Shown piece after piece: positions 18,050 through 27,335 of a stretch of 64,000 nt of DNA; the stretch's first letter is position 1, and every line of letters starts with the position of its first letter. The notes beneath the pieces are model-generated. The model searched no databases and was not told where the DNA came from. It saw only the letters and a program-made list of their open reading frames with translations. Made by a program: the position numbers and the translations under genes. Origin of the DNA: Anaerolineae bacterium (lineage in GTDB: Bacteria; Chloroflexota; Anaerolineae; Aggregatilineales; UBA3940); NCBI GenBank assembly GCA_034435375.1, contig DAOTXR010000048.1, positions 272,984 to 336,983 of the forward strand, read 5' to 3'.

Positions 18050-19396
18050 ATGGACCTGTTTGAGCAGAGCCGCCAGGAGCAGTTTAAGCGTGAAGCGCCA
18101 CTTGCATACCGGCTGCGTCCGCGCAATTTTGACGAGTTTGTAGGACAGGAGCATATTGTCGGACCAGGCAGGCTGCTGCGCCGAGCGATTGAGGCTGATC
18201 GCCTGACATCGGTTATCCTGTGGGGGCCTGCTGGAACGGGCAAGACAACACTTGCCAGCATTGTCTCCGAACACACCGCCAGCCACTTTGAGACTATGAG
18301 CGCGGTTCTGGCAGGGGTCAAGGAGCTACGCGAGATCGTTGATGCGGCCAAAGAGCGCCGTAAGCTGTACGGTCAGCGCACGGTGTTATTCATCGATGAG
18401 ATCCACCGCTGGAACAAAGCCCAGCAGGATGCGCTTCTTCCCTATGTTGAGGAGGGTTTGATCATCCTGATTGGGGCGACGACTGAAAACCCGTACTTTG
18501 AGGTCATCAGGCCACTTCTGAGCCGCTCGCGTGTCTTCGAGCTTAAACCACTTACTGCCGACCAAATCCGTGATATCATCCAGCGCGCCCTGACCGATAA
18601 GGACCGTGGCTTTGGGTTCCGGCGCATCACGATCGATGAGGATGCCCTTGAGCATCTGGTGCGCATGGCAGATGGCGATGCCCGCAGCGCGCTCAATGCG
18701 CTCGAATTGGCTGTGCTGACCACGCCGCCTGGGGGAGACGGCGCAATCCACATTGACCTGATGGTTGCCCAGGAGAGCATCCAAAAGCGGGCTGTGCATT
18801 ACGACAGCGGTGGTGATGAGCACTACGACACGATCAGTGCCTTCATTAAATCGATACGCGGATCGGACCCAGATGCAGCTCTGTTCTGGCTGGGCAAGAT
18901 GATCATCGCAGGGGAGGACCCGCGCTTCATCATGCGTCGCCTGCTGATCCTGGCGGGTGAGGACATTGGACTGGCCGACCCGATGGGGATCGTCGTTGCC
19001 AGTGCCTGCGCCCGGGCCTTCGAATGGACCGGGTTGCCGGAGGGCGTGTATCACCTAGCTCTGGCTACACTGTACTTGGCCACTGCCCCCAAGAGCAACA
19101 GCGTGGGGGCTGTTTTTGAGGCAATGAGGATCGTTGAGGGTGGGGCCAGCACCGAAGTTCCGCTGCATCTGCGCACCAGCCCTCGCGACCGCACTGCCGA
19201 TCACCCGACCTACAAGTATCCTCACGTCTACCCGAACCACTTTGTTAGACAGCAATACCTGCCTGATGAGTTAGTCGATCAGCGCTGGTACCGCCCTTCC
19301 AATCTGGGCTATGAGCAGCAGATCGCAGCCTGGCTGGAGCACCTGATGGGCGAGAGTAGTGGGGGTGCAGGAAAGCCGGAGGACATAGCCAAGTAA
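18050..19396 (+). CDS. rarA: Replication-associated recombination protein A (AAA+ ATPase)
   Basis: Walker A WGPAGTGKTTLA, Walker B VLFIDEIHRWNKAQQDALLP, and the MgsA-type C-terminal domain HYDTISAFIKSIRGSDPDAALFWL. Confidence 0.93.
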   Translation: MDLFEQSRQEQFKREAPLAYRLRPRNFDEFVGQEHIVGPGRLLRRAIEADRLTSVILWGPAGTGKTTLASIVSEHTASHFETMSAVLAGVKELREIVDAAKERRKLYGQRTVLFIDEIHRWNKAQQDALLPYVEEGLIILIGATTENPYFEVIRPLLSRSRVFELKPLTADQIRDIIQRALTDKDRGFGFRRITIDEDALEHLVRMADGDARSALNALELAVLTTPPGGDGAIHIDLMVAQESIQKRAVHYDSGGDEHYDTISAFIKSIRGSDPDAALFWLGKMIIAGEDPRFIMRRLLILAGEDIGLADPMGIVVASACARAFEWTGLPEGVYHLALATLYLATAPKSNSVGAVFEAMRIVEGGASTEVPLHLRTSPRDRTADHPTYKYPHVYPNHFVRQQYLPDELVDQRWYRPSNLGYEQQIAAWLEHLMGESSGGAGKPEDIAK

Positions 19397-19596
19397 TGCT
19401 TCTGGCGTGATTCCATGCCAGGGAGGAGACAGCCGCTTCAACGATGTGATCGCCGACCCCGTGGGCCCGCATGTGGGGCATGATCGCTTTGTCAAGCAGC
19501 GAGATTCGAGCCAGTCCAGTTTGTAGGTCTACTGCGCGTTGCGCTGCCGGGTTACGGGGACTGATCTCGCCAGCGGCTAGGCTGATCAGCTATAGG

Positions 19597-22509
19597 CTAT
19601 TGCTCATCTCTTACCAGCCGGAACCCGATCAGTTGAACCCTCGCTTGCGGTTCACCTGGGCGGCGCTGCGTGCAGTGGATGTTCTGCCGCAAGCTGTCGT
19701 AGGCTCCACCTCGCAGGACACGCGGCCCGGGAGCAGTCAGGTCCTCACGTCCATCCTCAGACTGATAAGGGTAGCCCAGCATCAGGCTACTACACCACTC
19801 CCACACATTGCCGGCCATGTCGTAGATGCCTTCGGGGGTTTTGTCATGTGGAAAGATGCCAACCGCTGTTGTCTGCCCAACGCCGGCTTCACGGGCATTG
19901 GCGACATCGTCGCTGGCCCGACTTCCAAAGGGATATCTTCGATGCTCCAGACCGGCTGCTGCTCGTTCCCACTCTGCCTCGGTCGGCAGGCGGTAGGGTC
20001 TGCCGGTCTTTTTCTTTAGCCAGTTTGCGTAGGCCACCGCTTCATACCAGGTGACTCCCACTACGGGCCGGTTAGCAGTTCCCCATACAGGATCGTAGGC
20101 GTAGCCGCCCGGTTCACCAGCACGTTTACGCCACTCCCACCCTGCGCTCGTCCAATATTCTGATCGACGGTACCCACCGTCCTCAATAAAGGCGCGGAAC
20201 TGAGCGTTGGTCACCGGGAAGCGGGCCATCTGAAAGGGCTTGAGCGACACAGGGCACCGCTCTCCCTCATCGCCTATCTCGTAAGGTCCTCCTGAGATGG
20301 GCACCATCTCCGGTTCCAAGGAGCACACGCCAGGGCGAGGATCGCCCAGCCAGCCGAGCACGTCAGCGGCCTGGGCTCGCTCGATGGGCGTCAGATGCCC
20401 GCCTGTGACCAGAGCAACCAGTTGGTTGATGACCTGCAGCACAATGCGCTTGCCGACATATTCATCCTGCTCGGCTGCCGGACGACCTACAATAGCTAAC
20501 ATCTCTGCTGCCCACCACACCAAACGCCACCCGGCAGAGTCAGAGGGTGGAGCAGGAGGACACAACAGGCTAATGGCATCTAGAGGAATGTGGACGTTCT
20601 GTTGGTTGTAAACTAGGTGGCCCACTGCCAACAACAGCACTTCGTGCCAGATGTCGCCCTGGGTCGCCAGCCGGGCCACCCGACGCGCAAAGTCCCTGTC
20701 GGTGACCAAGTGCCGTCCGGCCAGAAACTCTTGGAACCCTCGGTGCAAGAAGGCGTAAGTCTGCTCACCCCGGCCATCCCTTCCACGGCTGACCAGCAAC
20801 CCGGCCTGTGCCTCGATGTACTCGCAGAACTTCTGCGCTTTGCCCCAATCGCCATCCAGGTAGATTTGTAGAATGCGCAGCACGTCGGCCTGAGGGATAT
20901 TGGCTGCCAGAGCTTGTTGGTCTTGTGTGCTGTGGGCGTGGAAAGCCACCTCGCACAGCCCATTGACCAGCCGCTCCTCGCGAGTCTGAAGCTGATCAAG
21001 GATACCTGGTTCCCATCCACCTGTGGCGAGCCGCTTAGTGCGCTGCCATTCCCACAGCAGCAGTTTCACACAGTCGTCGTACAGGCGGGCGCGCTCGCGC
21101 GGCAGTGTACCTTTGTAGGTGTGCACGAGGGCCATTACAGTCAGCAGCATGGGGTTCTGGGCCAGGTCGTGCAGGTGACGGGTAGCGTTACGCAGTTCCT
21201 CGGCCTTGACCTTTGCAAGACGTTCGCTCAAGTATCCTAGGCGAGCCAGATTGTTGTACCAGTGCTCGACGAATGTGTCGATGCTCTGCTGGCTCAGCGG
21301 CGCCAGTGTGACCGCTGGGAAGCTGGTCAACTGCCAGGCTGGATCGGTGTAAGACAGCACGCGGCAGGCGACAATGAACTGACTGCGTGGATAGCGGTCG
21401 GCAAAGTCAGTCACCGCATCCCGCACGATCTGGCGCAGCGGCGCCACCGTGATCTCATCTAGACCGTCAAAAAGCACCAGGCATAATCCGCGGTTGAGCA
21501 GGTCCAGGATACGACCGGCAAAGTCGCCCAGGTTGCGCTCAGCTAGCTGAGTTGTGATGTGAGACCAAACCATCGAGGCCGTACCACGCCGGGCATCTGG
21601 CGGGATGCTGCGCACAAAGTCGCGCAGATCGATCCTCACCGGCAGGAGCACCTCCCGCTTCCAGGTCACTGCCTTACGACGCCCCTGGCGGGGAACGGTG
21701 AGGCGCTCCAGATAGCCCCGCTTAGGGTATAGGCGTGCCCCGGCCAGACACAGTGTCAGAAAGTTGAGGAAGGTGGTCTTCCCTGATCCTGGATCACCGA
21801 GGATCACCAGCCGGCGATTGCGCAGGACGGCATCCAGGGCCGGCACCGGGACGCGGTCATCGAAGCCGTCTCGCTGTCGCAGTGCAGCCTGGGTTCGCAT
21901 AATGTCCAGCGGGACGTAAATTGTGTCGAGCCGGACATCCAGCGCCGAACGATCAGGCGAAGCCATATCCAGATTCAGCTCACCTAGCGGGATGCGATTA
22001 GCCACAGTGATCAGCCACCACAGGTATTCACGTTCCACATCGCTGATGGGGGCATCTTCTGACGGAGTCTGTTTGCCATAGACCAAAGTGTCGACGTGGC
22101 CGATCACCACCTCTCCCCTGAGAATGTCACGCGCGGCCGCCCCGCCGTGGATGACCGATGTGCCTTCGCCGACCACTGCGCCGGGCATCACATCGCCCGT
22201 TGTGTTCGAGTCGCGGCCCGTGACAGGCATCGGAGACGCATCAGGGTGAGGCAAGCGCGGGGGGGCCGAGGGTGCTCTGTCAACCACGTCACGCAATTCG
22301 TCGGCGATGACCATCCGCATCTGATCGATCAGCCGGGAGAGACGATCGTTTTGGTCAGCGCCCTTACCAGCAGCAAGCAGCGCCTCCAGCTCCTTGAGCA
22401 TCTCGCGCAGACGTTCCCGCTCGGAATGGCTCAGGTGTGGTGGATCGAGTGGCTGACCGTCGGAAGGTTGCATTGAGGACGGCCTCCGAACAACAGGCAA
22501 GTTAGACAT
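19597..22509 (-). CDS. STAND NTPase, NACHT-type, with C-terminal FGE-sulfatase (SUMF1) fold domain
   Basis: Pre-NACHT motif EREYLWWLITVANRIPLGELNL...LDTIYVPLDI. Walker A LVILGDPGSGKTTFL (about 21770-21800). Walker B CLVLFDGLDEI. FGE domain (about 19600-20307): RFPVTNAQFRAFIEDGGY, RPVVGVTWYEAVAYANWL, YRLPTEAEWERAAAG, GNVWEWCSS, RVLRGGAY, IGFRLV. The N-terminal ~150 aa is coiled-coil plus a Gly/Val-rich segment with no recognisable enzyme domain. Confidence 0.92.
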   Translation of the reverse strand: MSNLPVVRRPSSMQPSDGQPLDPPHLSHSERERLREMLKELEALLAAGKGADQNDRLSRLIDQMRMVIADELRDVVDRAPSAPPRLPHPDASPMPVTGRDSNTTGDVMPGAVVGEGTSVIHGGAAARDILRGEVVIGHVDTLVYGKQTPSEDAPISDVEREYLWWLITVANRIPLGELNLDMASPDRSALDVRLDTIYVPLDIMRTQAALRQRDGFDDRVPVPALDAVLRNRRLVILGDPGSGKTTFLNFLTLCLAGARLYPKRGYLERLTVPRQGRRKAVTWKREVLLPVRIDLRDFVRSIPPDARRGTASMVWSHITTQLAERNLGDFAGRILDLLNRGLCLVLFDGLDEITVAPLRQIVRDAVTDFADRYPRSQFIVACRVLSYTDPAWQLTSFPAVTLAPLSQQSIDTFVEHWYNNLARLGYLSERLAKVKAEELRNATRHLHDLAQNPMLLTVMALVHTYKGTLPRERARLYDDCVKLLLWEWQRTKRLATGGWEPGILDQLQTREERLVNGLCEVAFHAHSTQDQQALAANIPQADVLRILQIYLDGDWGKAQKFCEYIEAQAGLLVSRGRDGRGEQTYAFLHRGFQEFLAGRHLVTDRDFARRVARLATQGDIWHEVLLLAVGHLVYNQQNVHIPLDAISLLCPPAPPSDSAGWRLVWWAAEMLAIVGRPAAEQDEYVGKRIVLQVINQLVALVTGGHLTPIERAQAADVLGWLGDPRPGVCSLEPEMVPISGGPYEIGDEGERCPVSLKPFQMARFPVTNAQFRAFIEDGGYRRSEYWTSAGWEWRKRAGEPGGYAYDPVWGTANRPVVGVTWYEAVAYANWLKKKTGRPYRLPTEAEWERAAAGLEHRRYPFGSRASDDVANAREAGVGQTTAVGIFPHDKTPEGIYDMAGNVWEWCSSLMLGYPYQSEDGREDLTAPGPRVLRGGAYDSLRQNIHCTQRRPGEPQARVQLIGFRLVRDEQ

Positions 22510-22584
22510 GGCTGCATCTTACCTCGCTTTTGCCGGCAGACGTACTTCCCTCTAAAATAGTTGCCATCCCTAAAGGAGTCTCTA

Positions 22585-23088
22585 ATGTCAGACAAACCTG
22601 ATCCTAATCCAAATGACGAAAAAGAGGAAGTCGAAGAGAAGGGCTATGCCGTTGGTGGAGATCATATTGTGGTGCAGGGAGATGTAGGTGTAGGAGCCAG
22701 CATTGGACGGGGCTATGTTCAGGCAGATTACATCGCAGGGCGCGATTTGATCATTGCTACGGATGAAGTCCCGAAGGCCGACGACAAGAAGCAGTTTGCT
22801 GACCTCATGATCAAGCTGCGCGATCTGATCATCAAGGCTCACCAAGCCGGTGAACTCAGTGAACGCACTGCCAAAAAAGCGTTAGGGCATCTGGCTACGA
22901 CAGCCGAGCTGGTTGCAAAAGAAGAAAAGCCACCCAAAAACCAGATCTTGAGCCGGCTTCAGTACGTAGCCGACGTGCTCGATGCCGCGGTGGACTACTT
23001 GAGCACGAGCGGCGGCGCTGCCCGGGTGGTACTCCAGGCGCTGCCTATCGCGACACTGTTGATCAAGATCGCCAGCCGCTTATTCTGA
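22585..23088 (+). CDS. Hypothetical 167-aa protein between the two STAND genes (acidic N-terminus, short Gly/Val-rich beta-like segment, helical C-terminal half with hydrophobic tail)
   Basis: ATG 22585 lies 6 nt after AAGGAG (22573-22578). Visibly more AT-rich than its neighbours. Sequence MSDKPDPNPNDEKEEVEEKGYAVGGDHIVVQGDVGVGASIGRGYVQADYIAGRDLII...VVLQALPIATLLIKIASRLF. No family recognised. The stop overlaps the 3' end of the convergent gene by 9 nt. Confidence 0.6.
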   Translation: MSDKPDPNPNDEKEEVEEKGYAVGGDHIVVQGDVGVGASIGRGYVQADYIAGRDLIIATDEVPKADDKKQFADLMIKLRDLIIKAHQAGELSERTAKKALGHLATTAELVAKEEKPPKNQILSRLQYVADVLDAAVDYLSTSGGAARVVLQALPIATLLIKIASRLF

Positions 23089-26000
23089 TTCGGCGCGTGC
23101 TGGCAAACGAGGGATAGCAGGCCGCGCACGCTCAACGATCCAGTTCAGCGCCCACAGCAGTTCATCCTGAGCGCGGCTCTCGGCCTCCCACGAGGCATGG
23201 GGCGTAAGCTCCACCAGTGCGTCGGCTACGTCGCGTGCCACAGCTAGCATGTCCTCGCCGCTCAGGGGGGGATCGGGCAGGTTGCGGATCAGATGGCCCA
23301 GCGTAATGGCAGCCGCGCGGCGTACCTCTCCCGTCCCATTCTTGAGGTGCTCCCGTAGAATATGTAGCGTGTTCGACCCGACCGTGCGGGCATGGGCCAG
23401 GCTACGCAGGGCGGCTGCACGCACATGCGGGCTTTCGGCGGGGTTGGTTGCATCAAGCAGAATCTGTAGAACGGCTGAAGTGTTGTCCAGGGCTTGGCCC
23501 AAGACCTCCAGTGCTAGTGCCCGCAAACCAACCGCTGCCCGTCGGGCCTGGCTCGATCCAAACTCGCGCTGTACGGCCAGGTCCATGACGTGGTTGATCA
23601 CTTCTGGCGGGAGTGGTGCATGCGCCTGGAGACAGGCCACTATCTCTCGGCCAGCATTTTCCCAATGGGTGCGCAGCGCTTGCACCAGAACCAGCAACGC
23701 CTGATTGGATAGGCCACGCAACGCAGCCAGCGCCCGGATTGCCTTCAGCCCAATGGGATGGTCGGGCATGGCAGCCAGCGCCATCAGGTAGTCGATGATC
23801 TCAGGACCAGGATCCTTAAGGTGCCGGATTGTCTCCAGCGTTGTCTCACGCACGAGCATCTCGCGATCGCTCAGGAGCACATATAGCGCATGGCGAAGAT
23901 CGTCATTCAGTTCCGGGACATGACGGAGCGCCGCTGCCACTGCTCGCCGCACATGATAGATTGGATCGCTGATCATGTGGGCCAGCGCATGTGTTGCTTG
24001 GGCTGATCTCCAACCCTTGCGGGCCAGCGGCTCAACCACCGCTGCCCGAACACTGTCTGCCGGGTCATCCAGCCGCTCCACCAACGCAGCCAGCACCTCT
24101 GGCGTTTCATTGCGGCAGGTGCCCAACGCCATTGCCGCTGCCAGGCGAACACCCACATCCGGATCGTCAGTCCATCGCGCAAGTTGGCTGATAACTCCAG
24201 AAGGCAGCTCAATCGGACGGGCCAGGGCGTTGATTGCCATCACACGCACTGGCGGCTCAGCCTCGGCAATGGCCCGGCAGATTGCTGCCATTGCATCGTC
24301 TGGCAGGTTCGAGACGTTGGCCAGCGTGTCGACTGCCCTCTGCCTGATCACAGGGTCATCATCGTCCAGCAACCGTAGCAACTCACCAACTACCTGGGGC
24401 GGTAGCGACCCAGCCTGTTTGAGCCGCCTCAGGCTCACCCGTCGCCTGACTGGGTCGTCGCTGTGCAGGAAGTCAACCCACATGTTCAGGACCTCGTAAG
24501 GGATCGGCGCTGCAGCTTCGAGCGTCCGCTGGCTGGCTGTGCACACCTGCTCATCGGGATCGGAGGTGAGCATCAATAGCAGTACATAAGCCTCTCGAGA
24601 TAGGCTGCCGACGCGGCCCAAAGCTTCCACGATGGCACGTCGCACCAGCAGCGGAGCTTCACGCCCATGCGCCACCAGTGCATCGCGCCCCTCGACTAAG
24701 TGGGCAGGCCAGAACGTCACAGCATCAGCAGCAAATGCCTGGATGTGCTCGTCCGGTGCGGCGAGGTTGTCGATAGCGATCTGCAACGCGCGATGGCTAG
24801 CCGGTGTGCCATTCAGATTGACCAGGTGACGGCGAGCGCGGTCGTAGATCAGGCTGAACCGTCCCAGACTGTCCCGATCCCCTTCCAGCCACAGCTGCAT
24901 CAGTTGTCTGACGATCTCGCGCGTCAACTCTGCACGCACCTCGACGCCGCTGCCCAGTAGCCGGGCTGCAAAGAACAGATCGCGCTTGAGCAGCGACTCG
25001 AAGGGACTGGAGGCATGTCCAAACTGGGCTGCCCGCTCACCACGGGCGAGGATTGCTGCCTCAACCAACTCGGTCGCGTCATCCACTGATCGAAGTGAAG
25101 TGAAGCCCACAGCCAATGTGATGACCTCATCCCAGCGCGGATCGTGCAGGCGCTCACGGATGCGTTGTGCAGCCAACCGATAGCTGGAGACTAAGTAGCG
25201 TGCCGCGAAGTACTCCTGAAGCCCGTGATAAATGAAGCCATAGCGCTGGGGAGCTAGCTCGATCAACACGCCGGAATGTACGCGCATCCGACCCAGAAAG
25301 TCCCCAATCGCGTCGCTTACCTGCTGTGGCGATGCCTCCGGATGCATCTGGCTCCAGATCCGCCCCAGGATCTCGCGCAGCTCGTGCTCGCGCAGCATTC
25401 CGGTCGGGCGTGAAGCCTGCATCCAGAAGGCTAGCTCAGCAAGCAGAGGAGTCGCCTCCTGCTCCAGCACCGACGGCGGACTGGTGGAACCTTGGGGCAG
25501 CCGCCACTCGCGGATCAGGGCCTCAGCTACCGTCTGGTAGATGGCCACCTGTTGGGGGACAAGTACCATCCCCGGATGGAATACGCCCACCAGCATCCGC
25601 AAGAGCAGAGGATTGCTGCCCAGCGTGTACAGACGTGGATTGCCTGTGATCTGGCGGGCCAGGGCTAGCGTATCCGAGTGGGCTTGACGCAGGACCTCGT
25701 CATCGCCCACCAGGGGGCGCTGGACTCGGGTCAGTGTCAGCTTCCAGCGCAGCAACAGGGAGTTGATCTGGCTACGCTCCAAAGGCTGAATGATATACGC
25801 AGCAAAATCGCGAGGAAGTGGCGTCGTGTGATAGCCTACGAACCGACTGGTGACAACAGTGCGGTTCCCCGTGGCCCGCCAGCCCATCGACGCCTCAGTG
25901 ATGCTGGCCACCAACATTCGCCGTTGGTCGTCACTGGCTGCCTGGTCGAGGCCATCCAGCAGTAGGAGGCACTGTCCATTTTCGATCAGCGCCGCAAGCA

Positions 26001-27156
26001 GCGATCCAACCCCCTCGTCGCCGGTAAGCTCAATGGCAGTCCGCAGCATGAAATCTTCAAGCGTCTCGTCGGCATGATGATCCTCAACAAAGTCAGCCAG
26101 GTCGATATAGATCGGAAGGGGACGAGTCAGCCTAAAGTTGCGGGCGGTGCCCTCTCCGCCTTCAGGCGATGGACTGCCAGGCTGAGATTCCAACAGGATG
26201 CGGGCATGCTCAAAGACGAGATGGCGCAGCAACGTAGTCTTGCCTGCCCCACTGTCACCCAGGATAAGCACCTGGGGGTGATGGGTAAGCACCTCGTTTA
26301 CCATCTCGCCAGTACAGTTTTCCAGCTCGCGGTAGCCCAATGGCTCGCGAAAGGTTCTCAACTCTGAGTCTTCATGCCCAGCAAGCTGATACCGCATGTA
26401 ATAGACGGGCTTATCATAGGCCGAGAGTGGTACCAGGCGTAGAGGGATATATACGTCGCTTAAGGGAACCGTAGTGTGAACGCTGCGCGGGTACCCGCGC
26501 GGGTCAATGTGACCGATCCGCTCGCTGCATGCCGTGAGGTAAGCTGTAAGTGTGGCCTCGTTGAAGTGTCCACTGTGCAGAGCCGCCAGGTTTATCCCCG
26601 CTGGGCGTGCGGAGGCTGGTTCTCTTACAGGCAGGGCTTCGAGCAAATGCAGGATCTCTTCACAGACAAACAAATCTTCGAAGACAGGAGTCTGATCGAT
26701 CAGGCATTGCTCCACGATGTCCATGAAGGTCTGCATGGGGATGATCCAGTCTCCCCACGAGCGTGGCAGAGTTCGTCCTGTCTCGATTGTCACGGAACGT
26801 TGCAGCTCAGGATATATATCCCACAGCGCATCCGCTGCGCCCTGGAACCCGAAAAGGAAAGCTTGCCATAGACCTTCGGTGAAGGGGCGTTGTGCTGAGC
26901 CACTGTAACGCAGTAGATCGGCAAAGTGCTCCAGCCAACGTTCGTGCGTGGCTGCATAGCTGCGGAACTCATCCTGAGCTTGATCAAAGGCAGCTGGCAG
27001 ATCGCTGTTTTCAAGTGAGTCCTGAAGCCAATGCTCGACTATCACATAGGCCGTTGAATCCAGAGCATCTCCGTAGTCACGGGCACGCTCAAATAAGGAT
27101 TCCAACAGCCGTGTCCCAGCCTGACTTAAGGCCGTCGTGATTAGCGAGATGGGCAT
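23080..27156 (-). CDS. STAND NTPase, NACHT-type, with ~230-aa helical N-terminal domain and long C-terminal HEAT-repeat array
   Basis: VPLSDVYIPLRLVPL pre-NACHT motif. Walker A VLILGDSGAGKTTLLRHL. Walker B CLLLLDGLDQA. At least 10 HEAT/PBS-lyase-type repeats (about 23169-24669), e.g. DDPVRRRVSLRRL, DDDPVIRQRAVDTLANV, EPPVRVMAINALAR, DDPDVGVRLAAAMALG, DDPADSVRAAVVEPLAR, DPIYHVRRAVAAALRHV. Confidence 0.92.
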   Translation of the reverse strand: MPISLITTALSQAGTRLLESLFERARDYGDALDSTAYVIVEHWLQDSLENSDLPAAFDQAQDEFRSYAATHERWLEHFADLLRYSGSAQRPFTEGLWQAFLFGFQGAADALWDIYPELQRSVTIETGRTLPRSWGDWIIPMQTFMDIVEQCLIDQTPVFEDLFVCEEILHLLEALPVREPASARPAGINLAALHSGHFNEATLTAYLTACSERIGHIDPRGYPRSVHTTVPLSDVYIPLRLVPLSAYDKPVYYMRYQLAGHEDSELRTFREPLGYRELENCTGEMVNEVLTHHPQVLILGDSGAGKTTLLRHLVFEHARILLESQPGSPSPEGGEGTARNFRLTRPLPIYIDLADFVEDHHADETLEDFMLRTAIELTGDEGVGSLLAALIENGQCLLLLDGLDQAASDDQRRMLVASITEASMGWRATGNRTVVTSRFVGYHTTPLPRDFAAYIIQPLERSQINSLLLRWKLTLTRVQRPLVGDDEVLRQAHSDTLALARQITGNPRLYTLGSNPLLLRMLVGVFHPGMVLVPQQVAIYQTVAEALIREWRLPQGSTSPPSVLEQEATPLLAELAFWMQASRPTGMLREHELREILGRIWSQMHPEASPQQVSDAIGDFLGRMRVHSGVLIELAPQRYGFIYHGLQEYFAARYLVSSYRLAAQRIRERLHDPRWDEVITLAVGFTSLRSVDDATELVEAAILARGERAAQFGHASSPFESLLKRDLFFAARLLGSGVEVRAELTREIVRQLMQLWLEGDRDSLGRFSLIYDRARRHLVNLNGTPASHRALQIAIDNLAAPDEHIQAFAADAVTFWPAHLVEGRDALVAHGREAPLLVRRAIVEALGRVGSLSREAYVLLLMLTSDPDEQVCTASQRTLEAAAPIPYEVLNMWVDFLHSDDPVRRRVSLRRLKQAGSLPPQVVGELLRLLDDDDPVIRQRAVDTLANVSNLPDDAMAAICRAIAEAEPPVRVMAINALARPIELPSGVISQLARWTDDPDVGVRLAAAMALGTCRNETPEVLAALVERLDDPADSVRAAVVEPLARKGWRSAQATHALAHMISDPIYHVRRAVAAALRHVPELNDDLRHALYVLLSDREMLVRETTLETIRHLKDPGPEIIDYLMALAAMPDHPIGLKAIRALAALRGLSNQALLVLVQALRTHWENAGREIVACLQAHAPLPPEVINHVMDLAVQREFGSSQARRAAVGLRALALEVLGQALDNTSAVLQILLDATNPAESPHVRAAALRSLAHARTVGSNTLHILREHLKNGTGEVRRAAAITLGHLIRNLPDPPLSGEDMLAVARDVADALVELTPHASWEAESRAQDELLWALNWIVERARPAIPRLPARAESE

Positions 27157-27251
27157 TCGGATTGGCTCTTTCCGATCACCGATCTAGGGCAAGTTCTCCT
27201 CAAAACCTGCCCCGATCATGTTATGCTGTTTAAGGTTTCTGGCCTGTGCCG

Positions 27252-27279
27252 TTCTGCATGTGTTTTGCTTTGTTATAAT
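27252..27279 (+). promoter_or_regulatory. Putative sigma-70-type promoter in the AT-rich divergent spacer
   Basis: TTCTGC (27252-27257), 16-nt spacer, TATAAT (27274-27279), 57 nt upstream of GTG 27336. Pattern match only. Confidence 0.35.
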
Positions 27280-27335
27280 TGCGTTTGTGATGATATACTA
27301 ATCTGCAAATTTTCGAAACTCAATGGGCTCCACTC

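Noticed and set aside
19600-20307. The FGE-sulfatase (C-type-lectin fold) C-terminus as a diversity-generating retroelement target
   Set aside because: DGR variable proteins often use this fold, but I found no second (template) copy of the 3' ~150 bp, no reverse transcriptase gene and no Asn-codon-biased repeat in the window. A self-alignment of 19597-19800 against the whole genome would be the decisive check.
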